Source: Acidobacteriota bacterium
GTDB lineage: Bacteria > Acidobacteriota > Vicinamibacteria > Vicinamibacterales > JAKQTR01
Assembly: GCA_026393755.1 (NCBI GenBank)
Contig: JAPKZO010000005.1
Location: 242,149 to 274,148, forward strand
Reading direction: 5' to 3'
Length of the DNA stretch: 32,000 bases
In this document: positions 1-8,100 of the stretch, one piece after another
Position numbering within the stretch: the stretch's first letter is position 1
How the letters are laid out: each line of letters begins with the position of its first letter
Notes under the pieces: generated by a model
Database searches by the model: none
The model's input: only the letters and a program-made list of their open reading frames with translations
What the model was told of the DNA's origin: nothing
Made by a program: the position numbers and the translations under genes

Positions 1-121
1 CGGGGCCGCGGCCGTTGTCCTGCTGCGCGCCGCCTGCTGCCACCCACACACCAATTGCTCCGGCCACGGCGACGAGCGGCGCAGCCAGGTGGACCGATCG
101 CCGGATGCTGTGAGCCTTCAT
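1..121 (-). CDS. 5' end of an exported protein; only the signal-peptide-like N-terminus is in the window and the gene continues past the left edge
   Basis: ATG at 121-119 with GGAGG (rc of 131-135) 9 nt upstream. Translation is MKAHSIRRSVHLAAPLVAVAGAIGVWVAAGG..., a basic n-region followed by a hydrophobic core. The frame is open to the window edge. Confidence 0.45.
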   Translation of the reverse strand, partial: MKAHSIRRSVHLAAPLVAVAGAIGVWVAAGGAQQDNGRGP

Positions 122-267
122 GGATACGTCCCTCCTGCCGCGCGGGGGCGCGGACGCTACTCGACAGGTTGGATCCAGTCGTGTCGTATGCGATTGCGGT
201 TTGTCATTCATTCTGCCACTGCGAAGAGCTTGTGGCGTGCCTCGAAGCCCAGACGCGGAAATTCTCG

Positions 268-446
268 TTCAGCCCGAAAGTGTGACCTATGTCTCCGGAA
301 TAGACGGATGGCAGATGGCCAGGCCAGCCGTAGCATCGCGAAGAGATGCGGGGTCCGAAGCGATGCGAACGCCGGGCCCCCGGCTTAGAAGGCCCGTTGT
401 CTGAGACCCTCAAGAACAGGCCAGTATTCGCGGATTCTGCGAAGCC
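268..446. repeat. Mosaic dispersed repeat block: a GTGACCTATGTCTCCGGAATAGACGGATGGCAG module followed by a GGCTTAGAAGGCCCGTTGTC module
   Basis: 268-330 recurs at 12163-12229, 20993-21049, 23541-23647 and 30125-30164. 374-446 matches 30337-30417 with 3 substitutions and 1 indel. A CGGGCC/GGCCCG stem flanks GGCTTAGAA. Confidence 0.8.
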
Positions 447-562
447 AATCGGTTATGGCGTAGCGGTTATGTGGCGGGGGTCACCAACGCCGCCTCGGAT
501 TGAATCTCGGCCAGAAGTTGCCCGTTATCGCTTGAATCGGAGTCGAACGCGATAACCGATCG
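447..562 (+). repeat. ~115-nt element bounded by terminal inverted repeats (MITE-like), copy 1, interior subfamily A
   Basis: Left end AATCGGTTAT (447-456) with a second CGGTTAT at 464-470. Right end ATAACCGATCG (552-562) is the inverted complement. The interior (TCGGATTGAATCTCGGCCAGAAG...GAATCGGAGTCGAA) matches copy 3 at 21071-21185. Confidence 0.8.
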
Positions 563-665
563 CCCGTTGGGTCCTGTGGGTCGAGCGAATGCCGACCGCC
601 GGTTGATTCCCGGCATCGACGGCAACTGGTCGTGGTCTCAGTTGTGAGCCCGCGAACCGCTGGAA

Positions 666-694
666 TTGCCATCAACCTAGCGATAGGTTATCAT
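666..694 (+). promoter_or_regulatory. Candidate sigma70-type promoter and operator of hicAB; implies a leaderless transcript
   Basis: TTGCCA (666-671), 17-nt spacer, TATCAT (689-694). The hicA ATG at 701 lies 6 nt after the -10. A perfect inverted repeat AACCTA-GCGA-TAGGTT (674-689) fills the spacer. Confidence 0.45.
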
Positions 695-700
695 TGACGC

Positions 701-886
701 ATGACGTGGGGCGAAGTCATCCGGAAGCTCAAGGCAGCCGGCTTTGTGGAAGTGCGGGGCGGTAAAGGCAGTCACCGGCTGTTTAGGCATGCCACGACCG
801 GCAACGAGATCTGGATCGCCGTCCACACGAGAAAGGATGCGGGGCAGCTGGGCAACCGGATTCTCAGAGAGGCGGGGATTCAGTGA
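701..886 (+). CDS. hicA: HicA-family toxin (mRNA interferase), 61 aa
   Basis: MTWGEVIRKLKAAGFVEVRGGKGSHRLFRH...KDAGQLGNRILREAGI fits the HicA pattern (E.I..L...GF...R.KGSH..F.H; ...IL+.AG). Its stop overlaps the hicB GTG start (GTGA at 883-886). Confidence 0.85.
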   Translation: MTWGEVIRKLKAAGFVEVRGGKGSHRLFRHATTGNEIWIAVHTRKDAGQLGNRILREAGIQ

Positions 887-1209
887 CGACCTACTATCCG
901 ATTGTGATGGAAATCGAAACGAGTGGCGCGGTGAGCGCCTATGTTCCCGGGTTGCCGGTGTTTGCGGCGGCCGACACGCGTGCAAAGGCCGAACAGGCGA
1001 TTCGCGAGATCTTGGCGTCCTATCTCGAGGCCCATCCGGAAAGCGCGCCGACGAGCGAAGTGCGGGTAGCCCGGGTCTCCGATGGTCAACGATCGAAAGT
1101 CCATATCGTCGGCGTGGGTGCCCTTCTTGGCACCGGTCGGAGTCGGCGCAAGGCCCTCGCCTCTCAGGTGAATGGTCGGCTGGGAGGCCGGCCGCGAAAG
1201 ACCGCGTGA
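883..1209 (+). CDS. hicB: HicB-family antitoxin, 108 aa
   Basis: HicB/UPF0150-like N-terminus (YYPIVMEIETSGAVSAYVPGLPVFAAADTRAKAEQAIREILASYLEA). The basic C-terminal tail NGRLGGRPRK is typical of HicB antitoxins. Translationally coupled to hicA. Confidence 0.8.
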   Translation: MTTYYPIVMEIETSGAVSAYVPGLPVFAAADTRAKAEQAIREILASYLEAHPESAPTSEVRVARVSDGQRSKVHIVGVGALLGTGRSRRKALASQVNGRLGGRPRKTA

Positions 1210-1300
1210 TACTGAAATCGGATTTCTCGCTCGATCGCCTCGTGCGGTTTTTGGTCTTGCCAGGCCATGATGTGGACATTGTGGTGAAGAAGCGGTCGCG
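1206..1300 (+). pseudogene. Remnant of the N-terminus of a DUF5615/Mut7-C-like PIN-type toxin
   Basis: A GTG overlaps the hicB stop (GTGA). Translation VILKSDFSLDRLVRFLVLPGHDVDIVVKK resembles the family N-terminus (ILLDENLP.RL..FL...GHDV). Downstream sequence loses resemblance. The DNA is paralogous to 21841-21930. Confidence 0.35.
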
Positions 1301-1313
1301 ACACGGGGTCAAC

Positions 1314-1439
1314 TTACCAAACAGTCCAGACGTGTACCGTCCGATGGGGGTTTGGCTCATGGTCAGGCTTGTCGCCGAACTTGCGGTGGAGGTAGAACCC
1401 ACACCAGACGCCGAAGGCGAACACAAGCAATGGCGCCAT
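1314..1439 (-). CDS. Possible 41-aa single-TM mini-protein; speculative
   Basis: ATG at 1439 lies 11 nt after the stop of the 203-aa membrane protein gene. Translation is MAPLLVFAFGVWCGFYLHRKFGDKP.... No clear RBS, and it overlaps the antisense DUF5615 remnant frame. Confidence 0.2.
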   Translation of the reverse strand: MAPLLVFAFGVWCGFYLHRKFGDKPDHEPNPHRTVHVWTVW

Positions 1440-1449
1440 CACCGGATCG

Positions 1450-2061
1450 TCATGCACCGCAGAACGTCGCTTTCGCACACCGCTCGCGCAGGATCTTGAG
1501 TGCGGGGTCGTAGTTCTCCGCCGTGCAGTAGAGCCCAATCGGCTTGTCAAGGAACCCGCCCTTGACGAGCACGTACCGGCGTCCGGCTCCCAGCTTGATC
1601 TTACGGACGTCGCCGTACGGGATGAAGGCGTTCTTCTCCGACCGCGCCAGCAGGCCGGCACCCATCGCGCTCATGTTGCCCGCCAGCACGCCGACGACGA
1701 CGGCCGCGTCCGACGCCGCGGCTGCTCGTTTGCCTGCTACGCTGTGCACGCCCTCGGTGGTCAGTGCGAAGGTCATACCTAGCCCGCCGAACAGATCGAT
1801 GACCGCGAACACGACGGCGACCAGCGCCATGATGCCGAGGAAGAGACCTCCTCCGACCAGCAGGCCGGTCGAGCCAGATCCGGCCAGCAGGAAGATCACG
1901 CACACGAGGGCGGCCCCGGAGCCGAAGGCGACGGCCAGCCCTTTCCACAGCGGCCCATTCAGCAGCGTCCTGACCCTCGCGGGCCACATCAGCAGCACCT
2001 GTTCATCGCCATCCCGCGGGGCGGGCTGGTCGACCTGGTCGTCGTCAACTGAGTGACTCAT
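1450..2061 (-). CDS. Hypothetical membrane protein, 203 aa, with central TM segments and a soluble C-terminal domain
   Basis: GAGG lies 5 nt upstream of the ATG at 2061. Hydrophobic Gly/Ala/Val-rich stretches include LAVAFGSGAALVCVIFLLAG, LFLGIMALVAVVFAVIDLFGG and VVVGVLAGNMSAMGAGLLA. It starts 89 nt downstream of the giant gene on the same strand. Confidence 0.6.
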   Translation of the reverse strand: MSHSVDDDQVDQPAPRDGDEQVLLMWPARVRTLLNGPLWKGLAVAFGSGAALVCVIFLLAGSGSTGLLVGGGLFLGIMALVAVVFAVIDLFGGLGMTFALTTEGVHSVAGKRAAAASDAAVVVGVLAGNMSAMGAGLLARSEKNAFIPYGDVRKIKLGAGRRYVLVKGGFLDKPIGLYCTAENYDPALKILRERCAKATFCGA

Positions 2062-2150
2062 GCTTGCCTCGCTGTTCGCCTACCGCGTTGCCCACCGCGT
2101 GAACGTCGTGCCTTGATGATCGAACGTGCCTTCGAGGCGACCCGCGCGCC

Positions 2151-5100
2151 CTACTTCTTCGTTGCCGTCCACGGATAGCTGCCCGCTCCGCCCTGGCTGA
2201 ACGTCCCGCGCATCGCGCTGCCAGAGATCACTCCGACGTAACGCTGATCGCCCTGAGTTCGGCGAAAACTGATGGCACTCCCTTCGAGGCGAAGGTCAAG
2301 CATGGGCTCCCAGCCACTCCCGCCCAGGTTGAACCGACCCTGATAGGCGCCGCCGCGATCAGTCAGTTCCATGATGCCGGGCCATCCGTTGAATGAGACG
2401 CTCCAAGTGGCGACGCCTCGGCCTTCGGCCGACGGAGGTGGTGGAGTGACGGCGGGAGCCGCAGGCGAAGACGCGGGCCGTATCGCAGACGGAGCGGAGG
2501 ACGTGCTGACGGGAGCGGGCGCTTTGCTGGCATCCAGCGTGAACTTGTAGATGTAATAGAACGTCTGTCGCCGGGCGAACACGCCAAATTCCGCGGCGAA
2601 ATACATCGTGTCCCCGGGTGACGCCTGCATCGGCGTGTACGCCTTGCTCGCTTCCTTGCTCCGCTCGCCGAGTTTCAAATTGAAACCTGCCGAAGGCCCG
2701 TACCACACGGCGCTGCGGGAGGGGTAGTTTGCGCCGATGCTTCCAATCCCGCCAACGCCCAAGCCCCGGACGTCGTCGCTGCCCGCGTCGGAGACGACGA
2801 TCCGGAAGTTGATCTCCTTGCCGGGGATCAGCACCCTGGGGGGCGAGGTCCACTCGACCTTCATGCGCACCCTGACGGCATTCACCTTGGGATCGGGATG
2901 GCCGAACGTGCTCTCGACGCTGCCCGCGCCGTCCACGCCCGTTTCGACGGGCCTCCACTTCTGCAAATATTCGGCGTCTACTTTCTCGACGACGAACTCC
3001 GTCTTTTCGAGCACCCAGGCTCCGGTGGCCGGCACACGATCCGGCACGGCAGGAGCAGCAGCGACCGGGAGCTTCGATGCAGGGCTCGCTGGCGCCGGTG
3101 GCTTGACAACAGCGCTCTCGGATATTGGGAGCTTCGATGCAGGGCTCGCTGGCGCCGGGCGGTCTGGCGCTGGCGCGGGGGCCACGGGCGGGTCCGGTGG
3201 AGCAGTCACCATGGGCGTCGGCGACGCGGATGCCGTGACGGCGTGGCCTTCAACGATGGTGTGGCCGCGGCCGCCGCTCTCGCTGTTTTGTGCCCATGTG
3301 GACGGGCTCGAATCGACGATCGTGTAGGTCCCGGCCGGAATCACGACGTTGGGTCGAACTTCCCAACCCGCATTCGGCACGCCGCCCTGTCCAGGCGTTC
3401 CCGTGGCCGCCCACGGCCCGAACACGGCTCCGTTGGCATGGCGGAGCGCAATAGTGCCGGTTCGCGCCGAACCGTTGCCGTCGTTCCAGTGATACGTGAA
3501 CACGTACGAGATCACGTGCGGCCTTGAGATCGTGAACTGCGTCGGCGCCGACGGCGAAGTGGAAAAGCCGCCGATGTTCGTGATCTTGAAGACCACGACA
3601 TTCGTTCCGGTCGGTGCTGGCACAACGGCGACAGGTGTCGAGGCCTGCTCCTGCTTCGCCGCCGCCGCTTTCCTCTCGGCGGCAAGCGTCGCCTGTTGCG
3701 CAGCCTGCTTCGCAGCGTCCGCCTGCGCCTGGCTCTTCCGCAGGCTCGCTTGCGAGATGCTGACCGAGATCGTCCCGGTCCCCGTTCCAAGCGTGGCACC
3801 AAGGTTGTCGTGCACGGTCACCACCGCAGCGACACTGCCGGTCTGCGAGCAGTTGAACGTCGGCTCCTGCGAGATGGCATTCGAGATCGAACAGCTTTCG
3901 GGCGATGCGGTCCACTGGTAGTGGAGCGGCAGGTTGACGGGCGCCGGCGTGACGTCGGCACGCATGCTCACATCCTGGAAGACCGCGATCTGCTGCTCCT
4001 CGTCTACCAGGCGGCCGGCTTGTGCGCTCCACACCTGCGGCTTCGGCCCGCGTGAGGTAGGCCCCGTCACCTTCACGTTGTGCGGCCGCGCAGAGACGAC
4101 GACCGCTTTGGTGCCGAGATCGTCGCCCCCGTCCTTCGCCTTCGCGTGGGCCGTCACCGTTACCGGTGTCTTGTCCTTCGGGATGAAGGAGTAGACGCGC
4201 GGATTGGCTTCGGCGCCCGGGTTGAGGACGCTGCCGGCGTACTCCCACCAATAGGTGATGAACGCGTCACCCACCGCGGGGGTCTCCGACGCGGTGATGC
4301 GCACTTGCTGGCCAGGGTAGGGCTCGGCGGGGACCATGCGCAGGGTGATCTCGGGATTCACGACCTCAATTTCGAGCTGGTTCGATTCGGCAAGGGTCGT
4401 GAGGACCGTTCCCTTCTTCTCGAGGATCTGCACCCACACTTTCGTCACGCCTGGACGGCTGAAGACGGCCTTTGTCTGAGTCGCCGGGCCTTCACCAGGC
4501 TGGAAGGCCACCTCCGGCGTGGGCTGCCAACGATAGATGTAGCTTCCCGTGATCGGAACTCCGCTCGAGACCAACCTCGCGGAGAACGTGACCGACGCAC
4601 CGACCGCCACGCTCCTGGTGGCCGGCGATTGTTGTGTGATCTCGGCCTTCAGATCGGCGACTTCGTATTCGAGCGAAGCCGAGCCGAGCGTGTACCGGGC
4701 GCCGTCCACCGACACCGACAGCGGGTACCTGCCTGGCTTCTTCGGCCTGATAGTGATCGTGGCGCTGCCTGTCGATGTGCCGGGCTTGCCCTCAATATCC
4801 CCCGCCCAACCGTAGCGGAACGGCCGGTCTTCGGGCTTTGCGTTCTCGACAACGACCGAGACTTTTACGGTGTCGCCGACCTTGAGTGTTTCGAGCGCAG
4901 GTGGCGACAGCGTCACCTTCGGCATGTCCGAGCCGTCGAGCTTCGGCCCCGTGTAGGGCACCTTCGTGAATGATCCCTTCTCGACCAACGTGAGGCTCGC
5001 GACGATCGATTTGGCGTCGGCCTGGGCGGCACTCGCCTGGCTCATCAGAAACGCCTGGTCAACATTCGTCCAGCAACCGGAACCGCTCACGCTGTACGCG

Positions 5101-8100
5101 ACCTCGACCGTGTGCCGGCCTTTGATCAGCCAGCCGCGGCCCCCGGCGATCACAGCGTCTGCACGGAACCCCCCGTCAGACCACCCTCCCGGAAGGAACA
5201 CGACCGACGTATCGACAAATTGTCCCTTGAAGTCTCCGATCGCGAACGGTCTGACCGCTGCCGTCGCGCCCCACCTCGCTTTCGACGATGCGACGACATC
5301 ATTGATCCGCTTCGTGATCTCCTCCGGGGTGTCCGCGGAACCTGACGAATCGATCCGGCCCGAGATGTCGGACTGCACTTCAGCATTCCACTTGCAGTCC
5401 CCGGTGCCCGTGGTCTTGGCGTTCTGTCGCTTGAAATCGAATCCCCTCGGATTGTTGCCGCCGTCCCAGATGCCGGGGACCGTGCCTCCGAATGTGATCA
5501 CGGAACTGTCGGCCGGCTGGTCCTGAACCGGCGTGGGCGACGGCGTCGGGGCCGGCGTCTGCGGCTTCACGTTAGCCAGCGGCTTTGGCGGTGGAGGTTT
5601 CGGCAGGCCGTACAGCAGTTTGGCCGCGGCCAGGGCCTTGGCGTACTCGGCAAAGAAGGCCGAACCTTCCTTGGGTTGGGCCAGGTCGTAACCATCCAGG
5701 ATGCCCCGCCAGGGAAAGACCACGCCGCCGAGCAACGCAAACGCTTTCTTGTCCACCGGGTCGGCAGGGTCGGGGGCGGATCCCTTCAGTTTCAGCAGGT
5801 CGCCGCTAACGAGGGTGATGTCGGCTGCGAAGCCAAGGCGCGATTGATCGGCTCTGCGTGCATCATCCTTGTAGTCGCCGCTGAACGGAAACTGGAGCAC
5901 CTTGCTCCACTCGAAGCCGGTTTTCTGGAGCACGCTGGCCTGGATGTTCTTGTGCTCGTCATAGATGCGCACGTATGTCTTGAGGGCCTCCTGCCAATAC
6001 CGGCCCGCCACTACGGCCTTCCTTGTCGCCCCGCTTTCGCCCGCGCCGCTTTGGTCGGCGGCTATTTGTACCTTGGCGGACAACAGTATCGGGCCGCCCT
6101 CTCGGTCCTGAAGGGGTCTGCCACCGACGGCGATCAACTTCTTCTGCACGGCATCGAGTTTGGGTTTCAGGGCCTTGCTGGCGTCGAGCTTGCCGCGCAT
6201 GTCCTCGGCCGCCTGGATGAGCTGCGGCGTCATGACCTCACTGGCCAGGTACGCGCGGCGCTTCTCAACGGAGGTCTTGAGCAGATGGTCGTAGACCTTG
6301 CACCACTTGTCGGGGCTGTTTCGGCAGACCAGATCGAAACCCGCAGCCCAGGCCAGGTATTGACCCGCTGCGAGATTCCAGGGATTGCCGGGCCGCCACA
6401 TCTCGTGCTTGGTGATCGCCTCCAGTTGGGTGGCTGCCGCCTGGCGCAATTGCTCGATCACCGGATCGTTGGCCACGTACACCGAGTCCAGCACGTCGGA
6501 GGTCACCCTGGAGAGGTCGTTGATCCGGTAGGCCAGGCCCGTCACAGGATGATCGACCACGACAGCCTTGGTCGTGAGGTAGAAGGTTGAGAGATCCTCC
6601 TTCTCCACCACCCTCCCTCTGGGCAACTTCAACCGCAGGAAGCTTGGTCGATCGCCGCTATCGTCAAACTCACCGCCATAAACCAGGATCTCAACCAGGC
6701 CCTCCTGTTCGGTCTTCAGACGCAAGCCCGTCGTGACGGCGCTGGTCAGTTCCACCGTCATCGTGAGGACATCACTGCCCAACATCAACGGCCAGGCCGG
6801 GGTCAGATAGAGCGCGTCCTTGACGAACAGCAGGGCCGCCTGCTTGTCCAGGCCCACAGTGAACGCCTGCTTGATCCCCATGCCGCCAGGCGGGAAATCC
6901 AGCAGGAAGAAAGCGGCGTCGCTCAGGTCGTTTCCGAGCTTGCCCTGATCGTGACGAGTGGCCATGCCATCGAGGAAGGCCACTCCGCCAGCGACGACCA
7001 TGGCCTGGGACAAGAACTTGATCCCGCGGGGGTTCTGGATCAACTTCACCAGGAAGCCGTCGCCCTGCGGATTGGCGAACAACCTCTCCATGGCGGCGAG
7101 GCCTTTCTCCTCGGGCTTGCCCTGCATCAGGCTCTTGCGAGCCTCGGTCATGGCCGCTCGCTGCTTGGCGCTGGGCTGCTCGAGCAACATCTTCAGCCAG
7201 GACTCCCGAGTGCCGCCACCCTTGACCCACTGGTCCACAGCCTCGATCATGTCGTCGGCTTGGTAGAAGCTGGTGGAGAGCGTCTGATAGAGCGCCTGGT
7301 CCCCGCCGGCAATGATCCGCAGGTTTTCCAGTATCTCTTCCTCGGTCAGGGCCAGGGCGTTTCGGCGCATCAGGGCGAAGCCGGTGGCGAGCTCATCCAT
7401 GGCCTTGCGGACCTCAGGATTGCCGGCCAGAGAACGGCCCGCGGCCCGCGCCGCACGCAGGATCGGCGTCATCTTGTAGGGGATCTCCATAAACGCGAAC
7501 CGGACATTGGTGCGCCGCAAACTCACCAGCCAATCCAGGTCCTTACCGGTCAGATGGAGGTTGGCTGTCCCCCGCAGCTTCTTGAGCTCGCGTATCTGAT
7601 CGTCGATGAAGACCTGGTCCTGCTTGCCCACGGTGCGCAGAGCCCCGGATTCGTTCAAGGCCATCTGTTCGCGCAAGACATACTTCACTTTGTCCGGATC
7701 AGAGAGCTTGTCCCACCCTCCGTGTACATCCACGATCTGGCGTTCGCAGGACCCCACCATGGTCAGGGCCCCGTACTTCCGCACGGCCTCGACGAACCCC
7801 TTTTCGTCGAACATAGTGGCCAGCAGGGAGCTCTTCCTGGCGTCGACGAAGTCCTTGAGCGGTTCGGCCAGCAACCCGGGCTTGCCTTTTTCGGCAATCA
7901 CCACTCCTTTGGTCAGGGTCTCGGCCTTGATGCCGCCCAGCCCGGCCTCGCCCAGGAACTTCTCGCTTTCCATCAATTCGAGGCCCAGCAGATCCAACCC
8001 TCCGAGTTCTTTGAGATGGGACAGATCGAACCCCTTGACCTTGGCCCCGCCCAGCCCTTCTCCGCGGATGAGTTCGTTGAGTCTGGCCGAGGCAGACACG

